Assembly (NCBI GenBank): GCA_030704615.1
Contig: CM060731.1
Location: forward strand, 59,458,001-59,522,000
From: Takakia lepidozioides
Taxonomy: Eukaryota > Plantae > Bryophyta
Direction: 5' to 3'
Length of the DNA: 64,000 nt
Position numbers and translations under genes: made by a program. The notes beneath the pieces were generated by a model. That model was not told the origin of the DNA and made no database searches. It saw nothing but the letters and a program-made list of their open reading frames with translations. Positions 34,901-48,311 of the stretch are shown piece by piece (the first letter of the stretch is position 1; the number at the start of each line of letters is the position of its first letter).

Positions 34901-37900
34901 ATTTTGCTCTGGCCCCACTGCTGCGAACCCTGTTGCAGCAAGTCCTGAGGCCAGTGCTGCCCCTCCTGCCACTCCTAATGGTGTGGCTCCTGCCACCACT
35001 GCCCCAGCCGACCCCAATAGGCCTGCAGCCACTGTCCCTGATCCAGCCGCTCCTTTTATCAGCGCTACCTTTGCCACCTCTGACTGCCACACATACAGCA
35101 TTTGAGCCACGACAACGAAACCAGTATATTCCACTCATATTCCCCCCTCTAAATACCTCATACACCAGGCACGGGTCCATGCCTACATCCATGGCAAAGT
35201 GAAGTCCTGTTCTTTTCTATTGATCCCAAAGCAAATTCATGTTCATTGGAGAATCTATCAGTTTCTCAGTCTTGTACCATTTCATTTCATTTCTCTCCCT
35301 CTCTCTCTCTCTCTCCCTAGTTAGTCCTAAGTTAATCGACTCTATATCTTGGGGTCAATGGCCCCAAGGCTACGGCAAACAACATCTTATGAGTACATTC
35401 TATATCTTGGAAGCGGGACACCGCACTGTCAAACAAGCTAAGTCCTGGCGGAAGGGGGTAGAAGAGATTTTCAAGGATCTGAATCTAAGTCCGCAAGACA
35501 TGACCCTGCTGGATAAATCTGACTTAGAGGCTGAAGTTTCCAAAGCCATGTCTGTTGCCAGGAAATTGTCTGATGAAAATGAAGTTAGGCAGAAAGCTTC
35601 CCTGAACCTGTTTCCAGTCTGTGACATGGGTGAGGCCATCATGGATGACCTCAAGGGTTTACCCACTCTTGGCACTAGACTGAAATTCAAACTCAGGGCC
35701 GGTAGCCTACCTTTGAACAGAAAACAGACGCAGAGATGAAAGGGGGATTGTAAGTGTCCATTGTGGAAGCAACCTGGAGACAATATCCACTTTCTTCCAT
35801 TTTGTCCCATAAGCTCTACGAGCTTTCCGCGGACGTTATAAAGCACCATTTCATTTCATTTCTGATTCATTGTCCTGGGTACTCTCACCAACACCCTCTT
35901 CAATTCCATCAAGGCGATTGTTCCTGTACCTCTGTTTACCACCTTTGAAAATCTTGTGGCTGGGCCAAAAGCCCAGGCCCTTTTGGAGTCTACTTATTGG
36001 GCAAATTGCACACAGCAGATTGATGTTTGTTGAAGATTTCTAGAGGATATCCGGAGAACTCAGATCAATTGCCTGTGTCAGAGTCATACTGCCCCCCTGA
36101 CAAAGGTAATTTCTGTCCCTTTGTGTTCCGCTCAAACTGGGCGCGGGGTCAATGGGCACAAGGCTACAGCAAGCAACATCTTATGAGAACATTCTCTCTC
36201 CCTCTCTCTGAGGCTTCCGCCCAAACTGGGTGCGGGGCCACAAGGCTACAGCAAATGCCTTATGAGTACATTCTCTCTGAGGCCTGTAGTGTCCTCTGAG
36301 GCTGTAGTGTCCTCAGCCATGTCTGTTGCCATGAGATTGTCTGATGAAAATGAAGTTAGGCACCCTCTTCAATTCCATCAAGGCGATTGTTCCTGTACCT
36401 CTGTTTACCACCTTTGAAAATCTTGTGGCTGGGCCAAAAGCCCAGGCCCTTTTGGAGTCTACTTATTGGGCAAATTGCACACAGCAGATTGATGTTTGTG
36501 TGAAGGGATTTCTAGAGGATATCCGGAGAACTCAGATCAATTGCCTGTGTCAGAGTCATACTGCCCCCCTGACAAAGGTAGTTTCTGTCCCTTTGTGTTC
36601 CGCTCAAACTGGGCGGGGTCAATGGCACAAGGGCTACAGCAAGCAACATCTTATGAGAACATTCTCTCCCTCTCTCTGAGGCTTCCGCCCAAACTGGGTG
36701 CGGGGCCACAAGGCTACAGCAAATGCCTTATGAGTACATTCTCTCTGAGGCCTGTAGTGTCCTCTGAGGCTGTAGTGTCCTCAGCCATGTCTGTTGCCAT
36801 GAGATTGTCTGATGAAAATGAAGTTAGGCACCCTCTTCAATTCCATCAAGGCGATTGTTCCTGTACCTCTGTTTACCACCTTTGAAAATCTTGTGGCTGG
36901 GCCAAAAGCCCAGGCCCTTTTGGAGTCTACTTATTGGGCAAATTGCACACAGCAGATTGATGTTTGTGTGAAGGGATTTCTAGAGGATATCCGGAGAACT
37001 CAGATCAATTGCCTGTGTCAGAGTCATACTGCCCCCCTGACAAAGGTAGTTTCTGTCCCTTTGTGTTCCGCTCAAACTGGGCGCGGGGTCAATGGGCACA
37101 AGGCTACAGCAAGCAACATCTTATGAGAACATTCTCTCCCTCTCTCTGAGGCTTCCGCCCAAACTGGGTGCGGGGCCACAAGGCTACAGCAAATGCCTTA
37201 TGAGTACATTCTCTCTGAGGCCTGTAGTGTCCTCTGAGGCTGTAGTGTCCTCAGCCATGTCTGTTGCCATGAGATTGTCTGATGAAAATGAAGTTAGGCA
37301 GAAAACTTCCCTGAACTTGTTCCAGTCTGTGACATGGGGAGGACATCTTGGATGACCTCAAGGGTCTACCCACTCTCGGCACTAGACTGAAATTTAAACT
37401 CAGGGCAGGAAGCCTACCTTTGAACAGCAAACAGAAGCAGAGAGGAAAGGGAGAGTGCAATTGCCCGTTGTGTGGGCAATCTGAAGACAGTATTCATTTT
37501 CTGATACACTGTCCGGGGTTCTCTCACCAAAGAGACGCTCTCTTCAAATCTATTAAGGGAATTGTGCCTGTACCCCTGTTTACCAACTTTGAAAGTCTCG
37601 AGGCTGAGCCAAAAGCCCAGGCCCTCCTGAGGCCTAGTTTTTGGGCAAATCACACACAGCAGATTGATGCTTGTGTGAAGGGATTTCTAGAGGATATCTG
37701 GAAAACCCGGATTAATTCTTTATATGGAGGTAAGTCTTACCAACGTCAGCCCCTGACAGAGGTAGGTTCTGTCCCTTTTGTTCCCGCTCAAACTGGGCGC
37801 GGGGTCAATGGCCACAAGGCTACGGCAAACAACGTCTTATGAGTACAATCTCTCTGAGGCCTTGACTCTTTGACAATTCCTTGAGCAATAGTTGCTTTTG

Positions 37901-39303
37901 GGCTGCTGGTCCCTCTCTATTTCTTGTTATTTCTTTCTCTTGTCCCATAAGCTCTTTGAGCTTTCCGCAGACATCATAAAGTACCATTTCATATCTTCTT
38001 TCTTCTTCCCTCTTACTTTTTTTATCACACCTTTGCAAATCTGGTACTGTTAATTATGTCCTGCCTTTCTCCATGGACCTGTGGCAAACCCTGTGGAGAT
38101 TTTCCTTACTCCTAAGCTCTATGAGCTTTCCGAGGACGTTATGAAGTACCATTTTATGTCATTTCCAAGATAGCCAATCTCTCACAGAGGTGTTCCATAA
38201 GACATGCTTGAAAGCATATCTGCATGGGGCATTGACTCTCTTAGACAATTCATTGATCAATACTTGTTTTCGGGCTTCTTGTGGAGGGCCCCACGCCCTT
38301 TCTTCTTTCAATATGCTTTCTCGTGTCCCAAAAGCTCTGAGCTTTCTGTGGACGTTGTTGTAAAGTATCATCTCATTTCATCTCCTTCTCCACTAGTATT
38401 CCCCTCCTGTAGAGTCAATGTGACTGCCAATGTCACAATATCTGTGGCAAATTGGGAGCTACAAGCTCAGTGCTGCAATCAATATGGTGTGTTCTGGCAT
38501 AATTTTTCTATCACTCAGACATCCAACACTCGATCTCCTGTGACTAGCGGGGGAACAGGTATACCATTGCATAAAATTCATAGTTGCACATGGGAAATTG
38601 ATAGCCCCTGATTGTCAGTCAAATCAGAGTCTCGAATGCATGAACACAACCCTATGGTAGTTGTTGCTAGCAAGAAATGACAGTTTCATTTACTGGGCGT
38701 ATACCTGTTCCAGAAGCCAAAATATTATGCCATGGAAATCAATAATTCCCAGGTAACCGTCCATCCAGCTAGCATCTGCAGGTGCACCCGGATCACGCAC
38801 AGGAGCACTCAAAATGCTATTGTGACCCAGAAGCTGGATAGCCTCTGCAAGGCTCGCATTTGCATCTATTTCAATTACTGCACAATCCCACAATATTAGG
38901 TTAGTAATCAGACCTGAACGGTTCGTAATTGTAAGAAGATTAATGGTGACGCTGTCAGCTAACCAAGGTCAGATTCTCGTTACTGTCAATCACAGTTCCT
39001 GCCTAAGGCACTCGAATAGAGTAAGAATGAAACAGTCATATTGCATTCTACTCCTAACTTAGTCTAGCATTTGGAAAACAGGATATACTGAATCGCATAC
39101 TTTCTTTGAGACCGCATGATATCAGCTTCTCACCTAGCACATAGGCAAGAATGCCCACCTTTACCACGAGGGAGATCGGGAAAAGACGACACTTTGACTT
39201 GATCAAAGGCAGAATTGAGACGTTGGCCAGCAGGCAGTGATCCTGCTCGGCCCCACAGATCCTCCATCTTCTGAGGCAATTGCTGTGACTGTATTTGTGA
39301 CAT
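31980..39303 (-). CDS. CBS-domain SNF1-related kinase regulatory subunit gamma-like protein; exons 39303-39159, 38877-38705, 35083-34823, 33776-33501, 32555-32392, 32274-31980
   Basis: LNSAFDQVKVSSFP, ILSAPVRD, DIAGSFRWAPFLPV, LLLLSKYRMKSLPLVE, GNISACDVQFLL and VHRVYAVD match plant KING1-like proteins; splice phases are consistent. Confidence 0.88.
32745..32820 (+). repeat. Compound (GAAAC)n(GCAAC)n microsatellite
   Basis: Visible directly; absent from the paralogous intron copy near 26960. Confidence 0.9.
35345..37860 (+). mobile_element. Stack of 5'-truncated LINE 3' ends, including a 468-bp tandem triplication (35891-37298)
   Basis: ORF2 C-terminus LKFKLRAGSLPLN..CPLCGQSEDSIHFLIHC. The tail GGGGTCAATGGCCACAAGGCTACGGCAAACAACGTCTTATGAGTACA(TC)n occurs in about eight variant copies. 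CACCCTCTTCAATTCC recurs at ~35893, 36361 and 36829. Confidence 0.85.
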
Positions 39304-41929
39304 TTCCACAGCGTGTTGTTGTCCACCACGAATATGGGTATTGGTGGTGTAAGAAGACCAGAACGCTACAAAAGGGAGCAAAGAGAAAACAGAGCAAGAA
39401 ACAGAAAATGCCCAGTTCGGGCATCACCATCCACCACGCAAAACACGAGCACCGACCACTGTGGCACCCACTTCGGCAGCCTTGGAAGTTCCATGTGTCG
39501 CACAGGCCAGCAAGATTTCCACGTGTTAAAGGAATTTGTCCAACACACTGTATTTTAGGTGGAACAAAAACAAAACTTTTTATTTTACAGTCGCTTCCGT
39601 CCCTTTTTCTTTGTTGGTTTTTGTTGTAGCTCTCAGGAAGAATCTAAGCCTTCCCTTGGGCTCCAGTTAATCATCACTGTCACTCTCACACTCTTCACTC
39701 TCAGACAATTTCATTTCATTTCATTTTCAGACGCTTCAAGGCGCACAACATCCTTAGCCCATTCCACCACCTAGAAGAACCAATTCACAAGAAATAAAAC
39801 TGATTGACATGCACTTCCACATTGCAAGTACCATACAAGTCTGAAGAAGAAAAAGACTTCATCTATGCGACTATTTGACATGCAACAGCGAATTTGTTAT
39901 CACATGGCATAAACCTTCAAACAGTTCTGAGAAAAAAAATAACATGTTTCACCTCCCCACAATTACAGACGCAAATGTCTTGCAATTTCACCTCCCCCAA
40001 GATAAGGAAACATGTACCCCTACTCTTTACGTTTACAATTTTTTCCCTCAGGTTGTAGTGGGGCAGAAAAGTGTTGCAATGATAGAAAATTGAAAACTTT
40101 CAAGCAGCTTTGTAATCTAGGAAGACATGGATTTCAGTTGTATAATAGTATGTCTTCATCCCTGAGGGTTCATCAAAACTGATAAAACATGTGAGTGCTT
40201 TGAAGGAATTAAAACGGAGATCACATTCAGGCAGGCAGTCCAACATTACCTGTGTGATGCCACATCCTCACAATCAGCACAACACGTACAGACGTTTAAT
40301 AGATAATAACCGCCATTTCTTACTGATTGTCGCTGAAGCTTCCTTTCACTAGTGAGCTTTTGATCTTGACTACAATTCGACATCACCAATTGGCCTACAG
40401 AGGTTTGATAATTGAGAGCAATACCTTACTGAACTGAACATCCTGGAAAGTTGTTTCAAGAATGAACTTAAATGATCATCAAGTAGTCTAATCGTCACCA
40501 CTGCACTTACGCGGACGAGCCTCCACGGAGTTTACGATATAATGGTGTCTGGCGAGAAAGCTCAGGCAAGCACTTGAACATACAGATGTAAGAAAATTTA
40601 TCCGGGCCAGTTCAATCTAATATACAATCTGACCCAATTCAGTTCAGCTCCACACCTGTTTGCGTTTTCTATGATTAGTCAAAAAGTCTTGGAGCAACTC
40701 CACCCAAATCTGGCATTGGGTGAGAAAGTATCATGTGAGTCCTGATTTGTTCATGTGTCTTGGCTGATTTGGTCGCCAGTAGTTTGTGCTAGAGAATGTA
40801 AAGCTGATCATGTAAAGTAGCGGTCATGCATGGCCCTTAATGACATGCACCAAAGTATATTGCATAGTGATGGTTTGAGAAGTGATGCCACGGGAAGATC
40901 GGAAGCCTGGCCCTTACAAGCATCAGTCCAAACCTTGGGGGGGGGTCACTCCCTGTATTTTCAAACCACGTGAGAACAAATATCAAATATAATGTGTAGT
41001 TTATTTTTTTGAGATGAATTTCAAAAAAACATTACTTAGAAAATATGGTAGGACAATATCCTTTCACCCGATTACAAATGTCACAAAAAATCCAGAGTTT
41101 TACTTAAAAAGTTAAACCCTGGCTATGTTGAAATACCTCGTGTTTTAGATCGATAGTGGGAAAAGGTGTGTGCTTGTTTCACACTCAATTGAGCGACAAT
41201 GAACATTAGTTTCTTATTCATTTTAGGATCTCTAGTTGCAATCGAGAGACTCTCTTCTTCCAACAGTATACAATAACCCTCACGGCATAGGTGGAGTACT
41301 TACAATCTTGAAGTTAGCTTCCGAAGAGAGTTTCATGCTTAGCCACACCATGAGCAGCTCACCGACAGCGTGCGGGCGTCATGTTACAATCTAGATAGTC
41401 CGAATGGGCTACAAATGCTTCTTTAAGTAAGTACAAAATGAACTAATTAATATGACCAAATTTAAATTATGTAATGCATGTTTGGCCATATCCGGGTCAT
41501 ATGAAACCTGTTTGACGTAGTTTTTGGGGGGATAGTTTCAGGGCTTAAAATGCTACCCACCTACACCTCATTTTTGGGTTCTTGCAAAAAGTCTATACAT
41601 TTTTCCAAAGTATATTAGATTATCTATTTAAAAAATAAAAATAAAGAAAAACACCTAAGAGCTACAACTCACAAATCAGGCTTATCTACTAGATGTGACA
41701 TATAAAAATTTGAATGAAATGTAAACAACTATTGTCATCCTTGTGTGAGTTCAATTATTTAGAAATTTTGTATTTTTGGAACTGGCTTAATTTATTTTCA
41801 TTCTAAAATTCATCGTTGAAGTTTGGACATTGGAGAAATGCAAATTTTGATGGTCTAGGGGCACCCTCTACCTTATCATATCAGCCCATACCTAGGTCAT
41901 TAGATGGGGCCACGGCTCTAAGTGGAGAA

Positions 41930-43123
41930 GAGCTAGCTATGTTGGCTACCATATTTCAAGCTAGTTTCGTATGACCAAACATTGTTCCAGTTGAGGAAAG
42001 ACGTGCTTCAGAGAATGAATACTGTGATTCAGATTCAGAATAAAGTTGATTGTTTGGAACCATCTGTTCAATAGCATCATCCTACAATGATTTGGACACT
42101 TGTATGTTTTTTAAAGTCTGTCACAGGTGCACAAACCACTTAAACATTTTCATGTATCACCACAAAAGTGGTAGTAGTCACTGAGGTGTCTTTAATCACT
42201 CACAATCTACCACCGTCCAAGTGATACCAATCAATGCGGTGTCTTTAACCACTCACTATGTACCACTGTCCACGTGGTACTAATCACTGACGTGTCTTTA
42301 ACCACATAACATTCTAGAACTAACATGAGAGACCGAAGACCTAGCTATGTTGGCTACCTGCCTTCAAACGGCATTTGTACAACCAACCGTTATTCCAGTT
42401 GAGGAAAGTGATTCAGAGGGTGACGAATATGTTTCAGATTCAGAATAAAGTTTATTGTTGGAACCATTTGTTCAATAACATCATCCTACAATGGTCTGGA
42501 CACTTGTCTGTTTTTCAAAGTTTGTACAGGTGCACAAACCACTTAAAGTTTTTCATGTATCACCACAAAAGTGGTACCAATCACTCTTGTGTAGGCAACC
42601 ACTCATGAGCGACAACTAGAATAGTGGTTCCAATTACTGCAGTGTCTTTCACCACCCACTCTCTACCACTGTCAAAGTGGTACAAATCAATGAGGTGTCT
42701 TTAACCACTCAAGATCAACGTGCACTGTCCCCGTCCACGTGGAATATTATATTTATTAATTAAAATAGATTTCCAAATCATGAATCATAAATCAAATTTG
42801 AATTATTACACGTGGAGTAGCAAGTGGTTTCAACCACTTTCCATCACTGAGGTGTCTATAACCACTCACAATGTACCACTGTACCCATCCACGTGGAATA
42901 TTATATTTATTAACTAAAATATATTATCAAATAAAAAAAAAAATAAAATATTACTATACGTGGACTACTAATTGGTTGAAACCACTTCCAACCACTGTCT
43001 GTGATGCCACCGTGGCATTTCATCGGGATTAACCACTAGCAAGTGGTTACTATTGGTTTATAGAGTGGAAAAAAACAGTAATGGTTAAAGGGCCAATGGT
43101 TATTCTGCGTTTTCCTTCTAGTG
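41930..43123. mobile_element. CACTA/EnSpm-type element right end with subterminal repeats
   Basis: Ends TTTTCCTTCTAGTG (reverse complement CACTAGAAGGAAAA); many AACCACT subrepeats; direct repeat ~41935-42190 / ~42342-42590; left TIR not found. Confidence 0.7.
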
Positions 43124-44161
43124 ATTAACCGCACATAGCAGAACCGTACATACACTCCTCTTGAGGCTGCTAACTACGCGGCCTGCTCCAAAAATATGCA
43201 AGTTCTTGTCCTCGTTCTGAATTGTCTTCCTCTCGTTAGGCCTTGCTATATGCAGCTGCCGACCAGGCTTAGCCTCGCATGACATTGTCAACAGCAGCAG
43301 AAAGAATAGCGAGAGAGCTTTCTTGTTTCCTTCTTTATACTTCCTACCTTGCATCCTTCTTTGTTAATTGTACGTGAGCTCCGACCATATGCAGGTTGGG
43401 TTGCTGTCTGTCGCTGCTTGACAATACTCAACTTCGCAACCTCCTCGCCTACTTCACTATCTGACGGGAGCTGAGCCTTATGCTTCATTTGATTAGAACA
43501 TTGCGCTACTCTAACATATACTGCCCCTAGTTTCCATTCTTGTTGTCTCAAGCGCCTCTGCCTAAGGTCCTTCCGTTTGGCTTGATTGTGTTTCTGTTGA
43601 CCCAGCCATTGGCTGTTGGCTCTGAAGCCTTCATGGGTTTTGCCGCGCTTAGCTCTGACTTCTGGCCTTAGCACGCCCTGCCATGGCCATGAGGCGTGCA
43701 GTGCGCAGCTTACTTCATCAATTAAATTCGCTTGCATTTGACCGGTGTTTTCCTGCTATTCCCTTGGAAACGCTCATCGGCAGCTCCTCCTTCCTCTACA
43801 CCTTTCGAATACGCTCCGTTGTTTAGAAGTATAATGGCGTCGACTCTATGTCTCAACCTCTCTCTCAAGGAGTAGTCGCTGTGGATTCTGCCACTTTGTT
43901 TAGCCATGACTAAGATATCGGGTTGTCTAAGAAATAACCAAGAAGCCTACTACTTTGCAGTTCTTGCTAGTGGTTGACCTAACTTAGCTGTCTAGCGGGC
44001 GCATTAGAGGAGAAATTGAAATGGCTAAGTCCTACACAGCTACGGCGTCAGCGTTTTTTGGAGCCTACAATCATCGTTTTCTTTTCTGAACCTTGGCAAA
44101 TCCTAGTCATTTCAATCATACTGAGTTTCCAGATATCTGACTTTTACGGAGTGATATGTAG

Positions 44162-44959
44162 GTTATGGAGGCAACTTCGGTAGAGATTGAAGATGCGAAT
44201 ACTGATTCCATTAGACTGACCACACGTTTGGGCAGGCTGGACCAAATATTGTTGCGCAACTACTAAATGCGTGCACTGCATGCGGCAACTGCCTCAGTGG
44301 ATGCCCATACAATGCCAAAAACTCCACCGACAAAAACTATTTTGTTGCAGTCATGCAGGTGTAAACTCGCTCACCACAATTCTAGATTGATTGTTCAACA
44401 CCACAGAGCTCCACAATGGTACATTTTCTCTAACAAAATTTGCTTACAGTTTTGAATCTCAGTTATAGTTTAGCTCGAGATCAGTTTACAATGAGCATGC
44501 ATCGTCTTGAACTTGTATTTGATTGATATCCTATTAGCGGAGGCCTCAGTAGATATCGAATCCGAATAATTTTTGTCCAGAATGGTTTCTAACCTGGAGA
44601 CAAGGTTTCTGAAGGCTTGGTTCTCCAGCTACATAATTGATGAGTCCAAAGTTGAATAAGATTTCCTTCTTGGTCCACAACATGCATCTACACATAGACA
44701 AGAATTGGGCACAACTAAGTCGATCACATCTATGTTGTCAGATGATTGATTTCCAGTCCTTCACCACCTTTTTTAGCTGGGTGCGCAACAAAGATAGTCA
44801 CAAAGTGTGAGGTCCTCTTTGTGATACCAAACGTCCAAGTTGGTAAAGATGGCGACTCATGTGCTTATCGCCATTGTTTTGCGGCAGGCCTTGGGCGAAG
44901 GTGGCGCGTGCACCTCAATGAAGTGGAGTACTTGTCAGCGGATACTATCGTTCTCGCAG
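44162..44959 (+). pseudogene. Exons of a GMC (cholesterol-oxidase-like) FAD oxidoreductase, probably disrupted
   Basis: CTACGNCLSGCPYNAKNSTDKNY then a splice donor; the next exon reads ..RRWRVHLNEVEYLSADTIVLAG. There is an apparent frameshift in the first exon and the gene is cut off by the LTR at ~45100. Confidence 0.7.
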
Positions 44960-45099
44960 GTAAGGCGTTGATGTCCACTTGACTTAAACAATTGAATCAT
45001 TACATGTCTCTCCAGGTGAGGTTAAAATTAGATTATATCGTCAATAATTCTGGAAGACTTTTCTGCCCCATCTGTTTCGCCGAAAGATAATAGGAATAA

Positions 45100-46159
45100 T
45101 GTAAGAACTTAATGCGAGCGCGTCAGGACGGTCCAGCCCTAACACCTTGTACCGCCGGTTCTCCCCCTCTGGCAGCCATCAAAAGGTAGCAGGCTGGGCT
45201 CGGTCAATCCCTCCCCACCCCCGCTCTCATCCCATCGGCGTCGTCGCCCCCGGCGCGTCGTCGCCGCCTGCGTCGTCGTTCTGCGACACCAGTCCGCCGC
45301 TTCCACCAGTCCGCCAGTTCCCTGTAACCCCCTGCACGTCAGCCCCTGTAACCCCGCCCCGGGTTTAACCCTCACCCCCATGTAACCCTCTGTAACTCCG
45401 CCGAGTGTAACCCACACCACCATGTAACCCTCTGTAACCCATGTAACCCTCTGTAACCCATGTAACCCTCTGCAACCCATGTAACCCCATGACCCTCTGT
45501 AACCCTCACCACCATGTAACCCTCTGTAACACCGCAGTGTCACCCCCACCCCTATGTAACCCTCACTCCATGTAACCCTCTGTAACCCTCTGTAATCCTC
45601 TGTAACCCATGCAACCCTCTGTGACCCATGTAACCCTCTATGACCCTCACCGGGTGTAACCCTCACCACCATGTAACCCTCTGTAACACCGCAGAGTGTC
45701 ACCCTGACCCCCATGTAACCCTCACTCCATGTAACCCTTTGTGACCCTCTGTAACCCTCACCAGGTGTAGCCCTCACCACCATGTAACCCTCTGTAACCC
45801 GTGTATCCATCTGTAACCCGTGTATCCATCTGTAACACCGCTGAGTGTCACCCTCACCCCTATGTAACCCTCACTCCATGTAACCCTCTTTAACCCTTTG
45901 TAACCCATGTAATCCTCAGTTACTGTGCGGGGTGTAACCCTCACTCCATGTTATCCCGCATCATGTAGCCCTCCCATGATATATCTATTCCTTCATGAAT
46001 GCAAGAAGGAATAGATATAGGAAAGCACCCCCATGATACACTAGCTGTAGCTCATGACTGATTGTTCTAAGCGGGATGAGTACTTAGAGATATCCAACTC
46101 TTCTATCTTGGAGTTTCCACCTCGGATAGCGAAGGGATGGGTGAGTAAAAGTCTCGACA
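45100..46159 (+). mobile_element. LTR (solo or orphaned) with (TGTAACCC)-rich minisatellite
   Basis: TG...CA ends; the last ~130 bp closely match the 3' end of the LTR at 58812-59714; no PBS follows and no TSD is seen; the 5' end is tentative. Confidence 0.65.
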
Positions 46160-47150
46160 CTGCCCCACCAGCTGCTTCCTAAAATGCCAAAATGCCCAAA
46201 CACAGATGTGATACTCTTCCCTCTTGAAAGCAAGACTGCCTGGATCTAAATCGCATGACACCTCTCTGGAAACTTGAGACTCCAGCCTATTCCCTTCCTC
46301 TCCACACCAATACAATCTAGCATGGGCATCCCCTATAAAATTCACTATCTCAAGAAGAAAGAAACCTTTGGAGCCTTCACCCTTTGTCCCTAGCCTGCAC
46401 AAAGCAACACTGTTAATTTCCAGCTTTTAAGTTTCATCCGCTGGTCCCACAGGGTACCGACTCAATGCATCAACATTGGAATGTTTGGATCCTGCCCTAT
46501 GAACAATCTTAAAATCAAAATCTTGAAGCATTATTATCCATCTCCCTTGCCTACCACAGGCATCACTGACGGTAGCCAGCCATTCAAGGGGCTTGTGATC
46601 AGTCCTGATTATGAAGGGAGTGCCATAAAGGTACTGTCGGAAGTGAATAACTCCCCACACAAGGGCGTAACACTCACCTTCCATAGGGTGGTACTTCTGT
46701 TGAGCATTTGGAAGGACTTTGCTCGCATATGCAATCACATGCTCCCGCCGTTGATATTTTGTGACAAGATGGCTCCTACCCCTTTGCTGGACCAGTCCAC
46801 ATCAAGGATGAAAGGTCTGGAAAAGTCAGGTCTAGCCAAAACAGGAGCAGTCATCAATTTCAAACGCAGAGCTTCAAAAGCATTTTGAGCCTCAGCTGAC
46901 CATTTAAAGGGGACATCCTTCCTGGTCAAATTGAACAAGGGCACACATATCATAGCAAAGCCTTACACATAAATTCGATAATAACCAGACATCCCCACAA
47001 ACACCCTCACCCCCGTGGGGTTCTTCGGGATGGGAAAGGACTGAATTGCAGCAATCTTACTTCGGTCAGGCCTGACTCCCTCAGCAGACACCACATGACC
47101 CAAGAAAACCAACTCCTCATTACCAAAAGTACATTTGTCTGGGTTCAGAC

Positions 47151-48068
47151 TAGTGTTGTGCAGGTTCTGCCTTTTTAAGGAACCTGCCGGGTCCGGGTGC
47201 GGGTTTTTTTTCGGAGCCAAGTCCGGGTCCGGATCCGGGTTTTTGAAATTTGGAAAATCCGGGTTCGGGTTCGGGTCCGGGTTTGTCAACACGGACTCGG
47301 GTTAGGGTCCAGGTAGTTGTTGGGAAATATTAGCGGGTTCACGGGTTCGGATCCGGGTCCTAATTCATTGATTAAATAAATTAGAAAAATAAGATTAATT
47401 AGGATAAATTTATTTTTGGCTGGAAAAAACTTTAAATCCTAATAATGAATTTTATTTTAAGAGACATTCCTTCAAAATATACCATGAATATGAATATGTA
47501 TACCACGAATAAGAATTAAAATAGAAGTTTGAGTTCCATTTTTTATTTTTCAATATCAATTCTTTAAACATGTTAAGAATAGTAATATGCCTCAAGGGTA
47601 GATCACTATAGCATGGATGTGTGGGATCTGGCCTAATAATAATATATGACGCCTCCTTTGGGAGGTGAGATTATGGTCCCATAGGGCACAACTTTGTGAC
47701 ACCACTCTGTGGATTGAACCCACAACCGCTTTTGAGGTGGTATGTGGGCATTACCACTGGGCTACAACGTGGTGGGGCTGCTGCAGAGTGGCCTATTGTT
47801 GCTCGTCCCCTCCACACATATGACAAAACCTACCAAATCTAAGGTGGACCCCGCATGCCCCATCTAAAATTAAGACCCGGACCCTGACCCGCTACATTGG
47901 CCCGCTGGTAGCAGATGGGTCCGGGTCCGGTTCCGGGTTCATTTTAGAAATGAACCCAGGTCAGGGTCCGGGTTTTTTGTGATAGCACGGGTGCGGGTGC
48001 GGGTGCGGGTAACCCGGATCCTAACCCACCGGGTACCCGCCTTCAAAACCCGGACCCGCACAACACTG
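47151..48068. mobile_element. Non-autonomous hAT-like element (MITE) inserted in RT
   Basis: TIRs TAGTGTTGTGCAGGT / ACCCGCACAACACTG, exact 8-bp TSD GTTCAGAC (47143-47150, 48069-48076), CGGGT(C/T) subterminal repeats. Confidence 0.9.
47630..47800 (-). mobile_element. tRNA-derived SINE inside the hAT MITE
   Basis: Minus strand: A box GTAGCCCAGTGGTAA, B box GGTTCAATCC, 3' hairpin CCTCC-CAAA-GGAGG and a (TAT)n tail. Confidence 0.7.
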
Positions 48069-48311
48069 GTTCAGACGCAGGTTGGCAACCTGCAACCTCT
48101 CAAAGACTCGAACCAAATGTTGCAGGTGCGTGTCCCAATCCAGACTGTGAACATTAACATCATCCACAAAGACCTTTGCACACTCTCCAATTTCCACGGC
48201 CAGGATGGTATTCATGGCTCGTTGGAACGTGGCGGTGGCAATTTTTAAGCCAAATGGCATGACCATCCATTCGTACAAACCCCTTTTGGTTATGACCGCA
48301 GTCTTCTTCAC

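Noticed and set aside
43118-43907. Minus-strand ORFs of 60-150 aa
   Set aside because: No recognisable domain or splice pattern.
45139-45960. 223-aa ORF and telomere-like GGGTTACA repeats
   Set aside because: The ORF is a translation of an LTR minisatellite; the repeat is degenerate, internal and not TTTAGGG.
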